Shown here piece by piece: positions 51,789-61,136 of a DNA stretch of 64,000 bases (position 1 is its first letter; each line of letters opens with the position of its first letter). The position numbers and the translations under genes were made by a program. The notes under the pieces are model-generated. The model had not been told where the DNA came from, ran no database searches, and saw nothing but the letters and a program-made list of their open reading frames with translations. This stretch comes from Candidatus Bathyarchaeota archaeon (GTDB lineage Archaea > Thermoproteota > Bathyarchaeia > Bathyarchaeales > Bathycorpusculaceae): assembly GCA_963707955.1 (NCBI GenBank), contig OY970176.1, forward strand, positions 672,001-736,000, given 5' to 3'.

Positions 51789-54668
51789 TTGAAAGAATCA
51801 GCTGCAAATGCTTTTGGTCTGCTTGTTAAACCTGTTCGAAGACTCGTTGAGGAGAGGGAGTTCTCGAAGCCTACAGAACCACAGGAGAAGACTATTCCTC
51901 TGATTCTTGAGGGAAAGAATGTTCTTCTGATCTCGCCCACGGCCACTGGGAAGACTGAAGCCGCCTTCCTTCCAGTTTTGAGCATGCTTCTTCAGGGACA
52001 GCAGGGAAAGCCCGGTATCAAGGTTTTGTACATTACTCCTTTGCGGGCTCTTAATCGTGACATGCTTGAGAGGCTCGAGTGGTGGTGCAATAAGCTAGAC
52101 GTGAAGTTGGCTGTAAGACACGGAGACACGGAGACCAAGGAAAGAGTTCGCCAGTCGAGAAGTCCGCCGGACATTCTGATCACGACTCCTGAGACTCTTC
52201 AGGCGATTTTGTCTGGTTGGATAATGCGGCAGCATCTTCAGCAATTGCGATGGGTGATAATTGACGAGGTCCACGAGATGGCTGACAGTAAACGTGGGAG
52301 TCAGCTTGCCTTGGCGTTGGAAAGGCTCCGGGTCATGATTGGAAAGGACTTCCAACTGATAGGCTTGTCTGCCACGATCGGCAGCCCGGACAAGGTGGCT
52401 CAATTTCTTGTCGGAAAGGGCAGGAGCGTCGAGATAGTGCGCGTTCCAGTCGGAAGAATGATGCACCTGAAGATCATCTTTCCAAGGCCTGGAGATGAGG
52501 ATTTGCAGCTTGCTTCTCAGCTTTACACGCACCCTGAGGTTGCGGCTAGACTTCGGATCATTCGGGACTACATCAACAGGGCCAAGTCGGTGCTCTTGTT
52601 CACGAACACGCGGGCTGTGTCTGAGGTTTTGGCGAGCAGGTTCAAGGTTTGGGATGTGAATTTTCCCGTTTCCATACACCACGGTTCGCTTGCTAAGCCT
52701 TCTCGCATAGCTGCTGAGAGGGGTTTAAAGAACGGTGAGCTGAAGGGGCTCGTTTGCACGAGCTCTCTTGAGTTGGGCATAGACGTGGGCAGGATAGACT
52801 TGGTCATTCAATACATGAGCCCACGGCAGGCGACGAGGCTCATTCAGCGTGTGGGCAGGAGCGGTCACAGAATCGGGCGGATCGCCGAGGGGATCATCGT
52901 CGCCTTGGATTCCGATGATGCTCTTGAGGCCTTGACAATTGCGAAGAAAGCGTTGAAGGAGGATCTGGAACCTGTGGTTATTCCTCCGAAGCCCTACGAC
53001 GTTCTCGCACACCAGATCGCGGGTTTGCTGATCAGGAACAGAAGGCTTGGGTTTAGCGAGATCGTGGAAATCTTCCGGAACGCCTACCCCTACGAGGATT
53101 TGACGGAGAATGACGTTGAAAAAGTGTTGAGGTACATGCATGGACGTTTTCCGCGGTTGGCATGGGTTTCGTTTGAGGACAAGATGGTCCTGAGGCCGCG
53201 GCAGACAAAGGCTCTTTTTGAGTACTACTTCGACAACTTGTCCATGATTCCTGAAGAGAAGCAGTTTCTCGTTGTTGACGAGTCAAGCGACTCCGCCGTA
53301 GGAGTCTTGGATGAGGCGTTTATGGCCGAGTTTGGTAAACCCGGCACGAAGTTCATCATCAGAGGGTCGCCTTGGATTATTCATAGCGTTTCTGAAGACC
53401 GAGTTCATGTCAGACCGATAGACGACCCTACTGGGGCTATACCAAGCTGGATAGGAGAGGAGATTCCTGTTCCTTTTGAGGTTTCGCAAGAAGTGGGCGT
53501 GATCAGGGGTTTCGTCGAAGAACAACGGCGAAAGAACGTTTCGCCCGAGGAAATCGCAGATGAGTTGAGTGAGCGCTATCCATCCGACAAGGATACGGTT
53601 CTAAGTGCCTTAGCCGAGACGATCGAGCACGTGGACGCTGGTTTTCCAGCTCCTACTGACAAGCGGATAATCGTCGAAGACTGGCAAGAGTTCGTTCTCA
53701 TTCACGTCAACTTCGGTTCGCTTACGAACAGGGCTTTGGCCTTGTTGCTGGGCGAGCTACTCTCCGAGAAGATGGGGTACACTGCGGTGGTTCAGCATGA
53801 TCCTTACCGTATCTTCTTGCAGACCATGGGCGCCGTGAACGCGAATCAGGTCGTAGCGCTGTTTGATGATGTCAAAGCGATGCAAGAAAAGACCGTGAGA
53901 GACCACTTGACGACGGCCACCGTGAAGACTGGACTCTTCAAGCGGCGGATGATCCACGTGGCGCATCGCTTTGGGGCACTGCAGAAGTGGGCGGACTTCA
54001 GCAGTGTTAGCCTTCAGAAGCTGGTGAAGAGCTTTGAAGACACGCCTATTTACGAAGAGGCCTTGAAAGAAGTGTTTACTAAAGACCTTGACGTTGAAGA
54101 ATTGATTGAGGTTCTCGGAAGAATGCGGCAAGGCAAAGTTCAGGTGACGAAGGTTGAAACTGAAGGGTCTTCAACTCCTATCGCTCGCCTGGGTATCGAG
54201 CGAATAAGCATGAAGACCGATCTGATCCCTCCTGAAAGGATGCGGGCTGTGCTCGTGGAGTCTGCTAAGGCGCGGTTGCTCAACGAGACGAGTGGTTTCC
54301 TCTGCACGAACTGTTGGAGTTACGTGGAGATGCTGAAGATTAATGACTTACCTGACAGGCTCAAGTGTCCAGGGTGCGGCTCGTCTGCCATAGGACTCGT
54401 CAGAGTTGAGGAAGAGAGGTTGCAGCCCATAGTGGAGAAGCAAGGTCAGAGGCTCACGAAGGCGGAGGAAAAGCTTCAGAGTCAAGCCGTACAGACTAGC
54501 AGGCTGATCGAGAAGTATGGAAAGGCTGCTGCGATAGCGTTGTCTGCGAGAAGAGTTCAACCTTCAGAAGTTAAAGAGGTTCTTGAGAAACAGCCTAGGA
54601 TGAATGACAGGTTTTATGAGCTGGTGCTCGAAGCTGAGCGCAAGGCCCTGAGCAAACGTTTCTGGTAG
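51789..54668 (+). CDS. lhr: Lhr-family SF2 helicase
   Basis: PTATGKT, PLRALN, TTPE, DEVH, SAT, HHGSL, TSSLELGID, QRVGRSGH, C-terminal CxxC...CxxC. Confidence 0.93.
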   Translation: MKESAANAFGLLVKPVRRLVEEREFSKPTEPQEKTIPLILEGKNVLLISPTATGKTEAAFLPVLSMLLQGQQGKPGIKVLYITPLRALNRDMLERLEWWCNKLDVKLAVRHGDTETKERVRQSRSPPDILITTPETLQAILSGWIMRQHLQQLRWVIIDEVHEMADSKRGSQLALALERLRVMIGKDFQLIGLSATIGSPDKVAQFLVGKGRSVEIVRVPVGRMMHLKIIFPRPGDEDLQLASQLYTHPEVAARLRIIRDYINRAKSVLLFTNTRAVSEVLASRFKVWDVNFPVSIHHGSLAKPSRIAAERGLKNGELKGLVCTSSLELGIDVGRIDLVIQYMSPRQATRLIQRVGRSGHRIGRIAEGIIVALDSDDALEALTIAKKALKEDLEPVVIPPKPYDVLAHQIAGLLIRNRRLGFSEIVEIFRNAYPYEDLTENDVEKVLRYMHGRFPRLAWVSFEDKMVLRPRQTKALFEYYFDNLSMIPEEKQFLVVDESSDSAVGVLDEAFMAEFGKPGTKFIIRGSPWIIHSVSEDRVHVRPIDDPTGAIPSWIGEEIPVPFEVSQEVGVIRGFVEEQRRKNVSPEEIADELSERYPSDKDTVLSALAETIEHVDAGFPAPTDKRIIVEDWQEFVLIHVNFGSLTNRALALLLGELLSEKMGYTAVVQHDPYRIFLQTMGAVNANQVVALFDDVKAMQEKTVRDHLTTATVKTGLFKRRMIHVAHRFGALQKWADFSSVSLQKLVKSFEDTPIYEEALKEVFTKDLDVEELIEVLGRMRQGKVQVTKVETEGSSTPIARLGIERISMKTDLIPPERMRAVLVESAKARLLNETSGFLCTNCWSYVEMLKINDLPDRLKCPGCGSSAIGLVRVEEERLQPIVEKQGQRLTKAEEKLQSQAVQTSRLIEKYGKAAAIALSARRVQPSEVKEVLEKQPRMNDRFYELVLEAERKALSKRFW

Positions 54669-54787
54669 GACAAATCTGCCACCAACAACCACGATAAACA
54701 ATGTTTAAATCAATGCTTGCCTACTTGAGCGTAAGCGACTGCTACTAGCCACGTGAGGAAAACGATTTGGAAATAACTCGAAAGAAG

Positions 54788-55093
54788 ATGCGAGAAGAAA
54801 TCCTTGAGAGAATCAAGTACGTGAAAACGTGTGTTCTGGCGAGGGAGGTTTGCCTGCTGGTTCGCACGAACCGCGCCGTGCTTGACCCTAAGGATGTCCG
54901 TGATGTTTGCATGTCGGTTTCGAAGCTGTGTAAGGAGGAGGGGTGTGAGGAGCCAAGCGAGATCTGTCGCAAGGCTGCTGAAGCCGTTGGTTCTGATGAG
55001 GAAGCAAAATACCTTGAACTGTGCGCCCAGAGCTGCCTCAAGTGTGGTGAAGCCAGACAGCCCACGCCTAAGAAGGCGACGTACGTCTCGTAG
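54788..55093 (+). CDS. Small Cys-rich helical protein (four-helix copper-storage-like spacing)
   Basis: Nine Cys including CxxxCxxC in helical context. Confidence 0.55.
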   Translation: MREEILERIKYVKTCVLAREVCLLVRTNRAVLDPKDVRDVCMSVSKLCKEEGCEEPSEICRKAAEAVGSDEEAKYLELCAQSCLKCGEARQPTPKKATYVS

Positions 55094-55168
55094 GCATGGA
55101 AAGTCTTTAAAGGACTCATGTCGTTGGTTAAGCAAGGTAACTCTGGTTGGTAACGGGGGCATAATGGT

Positions 55169-55645
55169 CTGTTCATAGCGCCTTTTGTTCCTAGTCCGCC
55201 GCAAGTGGTCCATCAGATGTTAGCCTTGGCCGATTTGAGGGCTGGCGAAGTCTTCTTTGACCTCGGGGCTGGAGACGGAAGGACGCTGGTTATGGCGGTG
55301 AAGGAGTACGGTGCCAGAGCCGTTGGTGTTGAGCTGAGAGAGGATCTCGTGAAGAAGGCGCTGGGCACCGTGTATGAGCAAGGTCTTCAGGACAGGATAA
55401 CGATAGTCAACGGTGACATGTTCACGGTAGACCTGAGTTCAGCGGACGTGGTTTTCCTCTACTTAACGACAAGCGCAAACGAGAAAATTAAGCCGAAGTT
55501 GGAGACTGAGCTGAAGCATGGCGTGCGGGTTGTTTCTCATGATTATGAGATCGTCGGTTGGAAACCGTTGAAGGTTGTGAATTTCTGTGAGAACCAGGCG
55601 CTGGGGTTTCCATCACACACCATTTACCTTTACAAGAGACTCTAG
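55169..55645 (+). CDS. Protein-lysine methyltransferase, aKMT/FAM173 type; probable CTG start
   Basis: APFVPSP..VV..ML, DLGAGDGR, GVEL, ADVVFLYL, N..IKPKLE.EL..G.RVVSH. Confidence 0.85.
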   Translation: MFIAPFVPSPPQVVHQMLALADLRAGEVFFDLGAGDGRTLVMAVKEYGARAVGVELREDLVKKALGTVYEQGLQDRITIVNGDMFTVDLSSADVVFLYLTTSANEKIKPKLETELKHGVRVVSHDYEIVGWKPLKVVNFCENQALGFPSHTIYLYKRL

Positions 55646-55654
55646 TGGCGTGGC

Positions 55655-56081
55655 ATGTCTGCGCGTTCTTTTAAGACTTCTATCAGAGTCACATGGGCTG
55701 ACACCGACGCGGCGCAGGTTGTGCATTTCTCGAACTACTTCAGGTTTTTTGAGAGGGCTGAAGAAGAGTTCTACAGGGCTTTAGGCTTCAGCTTCACGGA
55801 CTTCAGGAGCCGGGGGCTCTGGTTCCCAAGGGTTGAAGCATTTTGCCAGTACAAGAAGTCAGCAGGGTTCAACGATTTGCTCGATGTGGAAGTGACGGTT
55901 GAGGAGTCTGAGAGAGAAGTCTGTGAGACTGGGCTTCACGGTGTCCAACAAGGAGACGAAAGATCTGTTGGCGTCTGGCTACCTAGTCATCGTTGCGGCC
56001 GATAGGCAGACGAGAAGAGCAACGCAGATGCCTGCTGAGGCTTTTGAGAAGCTGAAACCGTATGCGAAGCAGGTTTTATAA
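55655..56081 (+). CDS. 4HBT/YbgC-family thioesterase, split by a 1-bp insertion near 55907
   Basis: V.WADTDAA.VVHFSNY.RFFE.A; C-terminal hotdog strands continue in the next frame. Confidence 0.85.
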
Positions 56082-56107
56082 GAGACGCGAGTCGTTGAGT
56101 TCGTTCA

Positions 56108-56620
56108 GTGATGGCTAAGTTGCAGTTTGTTCCGTGGCGGTACATAGCAGACTGGAAGTGTACGAGATGCGCCGACTGCTGCAGACTCTACAGCGTGGTC
56201 ATAAACTTTCATGAGTGGCTGAGGATTGTGAAGAGTTTCGGAGTTGAACACACAGCGGCGGGTCTGGACAAGCTTTTTATAAGGAGGAGAAGCGACGGGT
56301 CATGCGTCTTTCTGCAGAGCAGCTCAAGCGTCAATCTTTGCGCGCTGCAGCGTACGAAGCCAAGAGCGTGTCAGCTCTGGCCTTTCAAGGTTCTTATGAA
56401 GCCTGAGTTCGGTTATGCGAACGAGGCGGTGCTTCCTTGCGGTGAACACAAGCTTTTTGTCTACGCTGACCCTTTGTGTCGGGGTCTTAGGTACGGGTCG
56501 CCGACTTTGGAGTTTTGCAACTACAAGCTCAGGGAGTTTGTAGAGATTGCCCTCGGCCTGCGGTCGTATCAGTTGAAGACGACTTCAAGCATGGGTTTAG
56601 ACGGCGTCCCGCGGTTCTAA
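56108..56620 (+). CDS. YkgJ-family (CxxCxxCC) cysteine-cluster protein
   Basis: CTRCADCC, C.FL, C, KP.AC.LWPF, C.G. Confidence 0.88.
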   Translation: MMAKLQFVPWRYIADWKCTRCADCCRLYSVVINFHEWLRIVKSFGVEHTAAGLDKLFIRRRSDGSCVFLQSSSSVNLCALQRTKPRACQLWPFKVLMKPEFGYANEAVLPCGEHKLFVYADPLCRGLRYGSPTLEFCNYKLREFVEIALGLRSYQLKTTSSMGLDGVPRF

Positions 56621-56982
56621 GGGTTGGCTTGTTTGAAGTATGATTTTAGCTTCTCTTTAAGCCGTTCCATGTTGGACGGTGCTTCGATCCGTTCTTGGCC
56701 GATTGCTGTCGTCGGTGTTTTGCTGATTCCTCTCTCTGTGGCCTTCAGCTTTCCTTTTAGGCTTGAGACGTCGATGACTTCGACTTGAAGGTCTCTCTTC
56801 ACTTCGAATAGGTTCGCCAGTTCTAGAGCCCATTTGTCGGTTTCTTGCAACGCTTTTTCGTATTCGAGCATCTTCTTGGACAAGGAGGAGCAAGTCATCA
56901 CGCCGTCTGAGAACGGTGTGCTAACGTACTCGCGGGGGAGTTTCTTTTCTTTTCTCACGTAGACTTCGACCTTGTCGGCCAT
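56617..56982 (-). CDS. Thioredoxin-fold-like hypothetical protein without CxxC
   Basis: VEVIDVS...GISKTPT..IG (cis-Pro loop-like). Confidence 0.55.
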   Translation of the reverse strand: MADKVEVYVRKEKKLPREYVSTPFSDGVMTCSSLSKKMLEYEKALQETDKWALELANLFEVKRDLQVEVIDVSSLKGKLKATERGISKTPTTAIGQERIEAPSNMERLKEKLKSYFKQANP

Positions 56983-57060
56983 GAAGAGGCTTTCAGCAGT
57001 AGACTGTGCCTTGGCGATTGTTTATGATTGCTTCAAGGATGCAACTGTTTCGTGGAATAC

Positions 57061-57270
57061 GCTACATCCCTGTATTCGCGTTTTGGCCCCGTCTATTCCA
57101 CCCTCCCCCTCCCCCTAGGGTGTTAGTACTGCACGTAGGCGTTCGTGGAGGTCCTAGTGGATTTGTATGGGCTTGAAGCCGAGCGCGTGTCGAGGGCTCC
57201 GCAGAAGGTCTGGGCAAGGGTCGTAACTTTTCAATACACTCTACTGTCACGCCATTTTCTGGTTTCATGT
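57061..57270 (-). mobile_element. Degenerate IS-like remnant, copy 2
   Basis: NGVTVECIEKLRPL, shift, PDLLRSPRHALGFKPIQIH*; same terminus GGGATGTAGC as 47665. Confidence 0.55.
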
Positions 57271-57478
57271 GCTCGCTCAGAGCCGGGCTAACCCGCCTGT
57301 CCCTTTCCTCTTGGGTGCCAGTCCTCAGCTTTGCTACTCGAAAAGGACTTGACGAGGAAAACGTTGCGCCTGCGGGTTGTTGTAGGAGCCAGGGGGCAAG
57401 CGTGTCTAGGTTTGAGATTGTGTTATAAGGATGTGTGTCAACATGTAGACTCCATCCGAATACGGGTGGAACGTTTCC

Positions 57479-58255
57479 TTGGCGAATCCGAAGATTGGCT
57501 TGTCGATGCTCTTCACTATTGGCGAACCCTTCGAGAGAATGGTAGAGGAGATTCCTAAAACGGGGGCGAGGTACGTGGAGGTTGTGGATGACGGTGCTCA
57601 CGTCCTTGACGAGAAGAGAGTTTTGGCACTGAAGAGCGTTAGGGATTCTTATGACGTGGAGTACACGGTTCATGCGCCGTTCACTGGCATCAACATATCT
57701 TTGCAGGATAAGGCACTGTTGAACGCGACGATGGAGAGGTTGAAGGAGTCGATCGTTAACTCTGCCGGTTTAGATTGTAGACTTTGGGTCTTCCACCCTG
57801 GGATGAAAGCTGGCGTCAGCATGTTCTATCCAGGCATGGATTGGACTAGGAATCTAGAGGGCGTTCGGCTCTTGTCCAAGTTTGCGAATGAACATGGCGT
57901 GAAGACGGCGATAGAGAACGTTATGGAACCGTTTGTCTTAAGAAGCGTTGCCGAGTTCAAGCGGTTCTACAGTGAACTGAACGAAGACGTTGGGTTGGCC
58001 TTGGACACTGGGCACGCGAACCTCAGCGGAGAGGTGGATGGTTTTCTAACAGAGTTGTCGGACAAGCTTGTTCACGTGCACGCTCAGGACAACTTTGGGA
58101 AGGTGGACCAGCATCTTGGCATAGGCTACGGCAGCATCAACTGGGAAAGCTTTGCAGGCCTGTTGAAGAAGACGTCTTTCGACGGCATCGTGATTCTTGA
58201 GTCTGTTGAGCACATCGAGGAGAGCATGCAGAAGCTGAAGCAGCTGCTACTCTAA
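57479..58255 (+). CDS. Sugar-phosphate isomerase/epimerase (AP endonuclease 2 TIM barrel)
   Basis: VHAP, HPG, IEN, LDTGHA, HVH..DN.G..DQHL, LE. Confidence 0.88.
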   Translation: MANPKIGLSMLFTIGEPFERMVEEIPKTGARYVEVVDDGAHVLDEKRVLALKSVRDSYDVEYTVHAPFTGINISLQDKALLNATMERLKESIVNSAGLDCRLWVFHPGMKAGVSMFYPGMDWTRNLEGVRLLSKFANEHGVKTAIENVMEPFVLRSVAEFKRFYSELNEDVGLALDTGHANLSGEVDGFLTELSDKLVHVHAQDNFGKVDQHLGIGYGSINWESFAGLLKKTSFDGIVILESVEHIEESMQKLKQLLL

Positions 58256-59167
58256 AAGCGGAATCTCTACTTGCATGAAGTCTTCTGCCATCACAGTGTT
58301 CTTGAAAATCTTTCTCGCCTGTTTCAGCCACGTGCTCGTGTCTTCGTACCTTTGACTGATGTGTGTCAGTATCAACTGTTTGACTTTTGCCTTCTTTGCG
58401 CTCTCTGCGGCTTGGTCTACGGTTGAATGTCCATACTTCTCTGCTCTTTCAGCCAGCTCGTCGCCCAGCGTGGAGTCGTGTATTAGCAGGTCTGCGTTGG
58501 CCGCGAATTTTTCAAGACGCTTGAAAGGCCTTGTGTCGCCCGTGTAGACTATTTTTCTGCCCTGTCTAGGAGGGCCCATCACTTCTTCAGGTTTGATGGC
58601 ACGTCCGTTTGGCAGCTTGACTCTCTGGCCGCGCTGAAGCTTTGACCACAGAGGGCCCTCTTGCAAGCCTAAAGCCTTGGCCTTTTCAGGGTAGAATCTT
58701 CCAGGTCTTGGTTTCTCAACGTAAGCGTAGGCGAAGCTGGGTATCACGTGCTTCGACCGGACCGCCTGCACTGTGTACTCGTCTTCCTGGCAAACAACGC
58801 CTGGCCTTTCTATCTCGTGGATTTCTATTGGAAACGTCAGGACAAACTGGACTGTTTCCCTGATGCCATGCAGGAAATCATTGATCTTTGCCGGTCCGTA
58901 GACTTCGAGTTTTTTTTCTCTTCCAAGCAGGGCCATGGTTTGCAGTAGCCCTGGAAGTCCCATGAGGTGGTCTCCGTGCATGTGTGTTACGAAAACCCTT
59001 GTCGTCCTGTTGAGGCTTACTCCGGCCATCAGCATCTGTCTCTGGACGCCTTCACCACAGTCGAACATGAGCTGTTCACCGTCGCGTTGGACCAGTATCG
59101 CAGGTAAGCCCCTCTTGAGTGTTGGAACACCGGCCGCTGTTCCCAGGAAAACAACGCGCAGACTCAA
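58247..59167 (-). CDS. rnz: Ribonuclease Z
   Basis: FLGT...P..R, DCGEG, THMHGDH..GL.G, GDT, HST, THIS.RY. Confidence 0.95.
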   Translation of the reverse strand: MSLRVVFLGTAAGVPTLKRGLPAILVQRDGEQLMFDCGEGVQRQMLMAGVSLNRTTRVFVTHMHGDHLMGLPGLLQTMALLGREKKLEVYGPAKINDFLHGIRETVQFVLTFPIEIHEIERPGVVCQEDEYTVQAVRSKHVIPSFAYAYVEKPRPGRFYPEKAKALGLQEGPLWSKLQRGQRVKLPNGRAIKPEEVMGPPRQGRKIVYTGDTRPFKRLEKFAANADLLIHDSTLGDELAERAEKYGHSTVDQAAESAKKAKVKQLILTHISQRYEDTSTWLKQARKIFKNTVMAEDFMQVEIPLLE

Positions 59168-59171
59168 GGGG

Positions 59172-60209
59172 CTACACCTTTTCGAACACGATGACTTCTC
59201 TCGTTAAGCTTCTGTGAACATAGACGAAATGGGACTCTATATGCTTATAGCCTAGGCCCGTTCCGACTTGAACAATGTTCAGCTTTCTAGGCGCGGCCAT
59301 GCAGACTCTTCTTCCATTTTTCAGCAGTCCATAGACTGCGGTCAGCACTTCTTCGATGACTTGTGTTGTAGTGCGTTTCAGCGTGGTTGAAGACGTGCCG
59401 TAGGGTGGATCCGTCACGACGCAGTCGACTTTCTTCAGAGGTAGGCTTCTAGCGTCTGCGACGACCACGCCTTCAGGCTTGATGCTGAAGTACGTCACGT
59501 TTCTAAGAGTTCCCCTAGCCATGCGACGTTGCACGTCGAGACCCAGGGCGCGGCAGCCGACGAGGGCAGCTTCAATCAGCGTGGTTCCTGTTCCGCAGAA
59601 GGGGTCCAGAACCAGGTCTCCGGTCTTCGGTTGTGCCAAGTTTACCATGCATCTCGCAAGTTTCGCCTGCATAGCTGACGGATGGAAAAAGGGCCTCTTT
59701 CTGGGGCGCCTTTGGACGAACGGTGCAGCCGGGATTTCAGCAAGTTTTAGGCCGAAGATGAATTTCTCGCTTGTCAGTATCCCCACCAACGTTTTGTCAG
59801 GGTGCTTCAGTTTAACTCGAACTCTAGGCATGTTTCGGAGTATGAGTTCGCCGAGCTTCTTTTCGAGCATCATTCCGTCTATCTCTGAAGCGTGGGTCTT
59901 GACGTGTCTAACTCGAACTGCGAAGCTTTCGTTTTCCCTCAAAGCTTTGTCGAGCCCTGCTAAAGCTAAAGCTTTGATTATGCTGCTCGTTTCTGCCTCG
60001 CAAGTGAAGAGTTCCATTGCGCAGAGCCTTGTTAAGGCTGCTCTGCGTTTTAGAACTTCTATGCAGTTTGGGTCAGCTTCCAGTCTTAGAACTTGGTCAA
60101 GCTTCTCCCTGACCCTGTATGCGTAGCCCTCTGTCTCGAGTATTGCCTTCAGCTCAGAAACAGGTAGGTCTTCATGCTCGCCTGAAAGCAGGAAGAAGAG
60201 GTTGGCCAC
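59172..60209 (-). CDS. trm11: THUMP-domain tRNA (guanine-N2) methyltransferase, Trm11-like
   Basis: RPFFHP, LAR..VNL, DPFCGTG, TDPPYG, VH.SLTR. Confidence 0.88.
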   Translation of the reverse strand: MANLFFLLSGEHEDLPVSELKAILETEGYAYRVREKLDQVLRLEADPNCIEVLKRRAALTRLCAMELFTCEAETSSIIKALALAGLDKALRENESFAVRVRHVKTHASEIDGMMLEKKLGELILRNMPRVRVKLKHPDKTLVGILTSEKFIFGLKLAEIPAAPFVQRRPRKRPFFHPSAMQAKLARCMVNLAQPKTGDLVLDPFCGTGTTLIEAALVGCRALGLDVQRRMARGTLRNVTYFSIKPEGVVVADARSLPLKKVDCVVTDPPYGTSSTTLKRTTTQVIEEVLTAVYGLLKNGRRVCMAAPRKLNIVQVGTGLGYKHIESHFVYVHRSLTREVIVFEKV

Positions 60210-60211
60210 GC

Positions 60212-61105
60212 TCAGGCTCCTTCTCGCATGAGCACCTGGCTTATGAGTGGAGCGACTGAAACTTTGCTCACGGAGCTCTGGACGCAGTCTGTGCCTACTA
60301 TCTCTTCAGCGCCGTTCTCCATGATTCTTTTTTGCGAGTCGCCCATAAGCAACGGGTGCACGCAAGCCGCATAAACCTTCTTTGCCCCGTTGTCCTTCAC
60401 GAGCTTCACAGCGTTAGCCATCGTTCCCCCGCTGCTTATTATGTCGTCGAAGATTATGACATCCCGGTTCTTGACCGGTAAGGGTCTGTCTTCAAGCGTG
60501 ACGCTGCCTGTTACGACGTCTCTTTTCGACGCAACATAATCGTAGCCTCCGCGCAGAATGCTATCGGCTTCCTGGGCGACGCTTATGGCCTTTTTGCCCA
60601 TTGACAGCGAAAGCGGGTTTTGTATGAGCTTTTTTGTCTTGAAATACTGGGCTAAAAGCGAGATGGCTGATAGGTCCTGAACAAGGATTTCGAAGGTTTT
60701 CAGGACGGCTGGGTTGTGGGCGTTGACGGTTATGATTTTGTTGACGCCGCATTCCTCGAGCAGTTTTACTATGGTTTTTGTGCTGAAGGCTTCGCCGGGT
60801 AGGAATCGTTTGTCTTGGCGGCTGTAGGCGAAGTATGGAACGACTGCCGTGATGCTTTTGGCTCCCATGTCTTTTGCGTTGTCGGCCATCAGGAGCAGTT
60901 GGATCAGTCTCTGGTCTTGTGGTGGGCTTGTGGTTTGGACGATGACGATGTCTTCGTTCTTCAGTGATTGGGATTCGAAGCGGATGTAGGATTCTCCGTC
61001 TGGGAAGATTTTCAGGAAGACAGGTGTGACTTCCGCGTTCAATTGTTTGGCTAGTTTTTCGCCTAAATCTTTGGATGCAGGTCCGGGTATGACCTTCACT
61101 TTCAT
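60212..61105 (-). CDS. prs: Ribose-phosphate pyrophosphokinase
   Basis: FPDGE, PYFAYSRQD..F..GE, DDIISSGGT; start reassigned to ATG 61105. Confidence 0.93.
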   Translation of the reverse strand: MKVKVIPGPASKDLGEKLAKQLNAEVTPVFLKIFPDGESYIRFESQSLKNEDIVIVQTTSPPQDQRLIQLLLMADNAKDMGAKSITAVVPYFAYSRQDKRFLPGEAFSTKTIVKLLEECGVNKIITVNAHNPAVLKTFEILVQDLSAISLLAQYFKTKKLIQNPLSLSMGKKAISVAQEADSILRGGYDYVASKRDVVTGSVTLEDRPLPVKNRDVIIFDDIISSGGTMANAVKLVKDNGAKKVYAACVHPLLMGDSQKRIMENGAEEIVGTDCVQSSVSKVSVAPLISQVLMREGA

Positions 61106-61136
61106 CGCCGAGTTTAGATGCGTCTGCTGTGGCTTT

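Noticed and set aside
57061-57440. GC-rich intergenic stretch as RNase P RNA
   Set aside because: Lacks the GAGGAAAGUCC and AACAGAA...GCUUA P4 elements; explained by the repeat shared with 47477-47665
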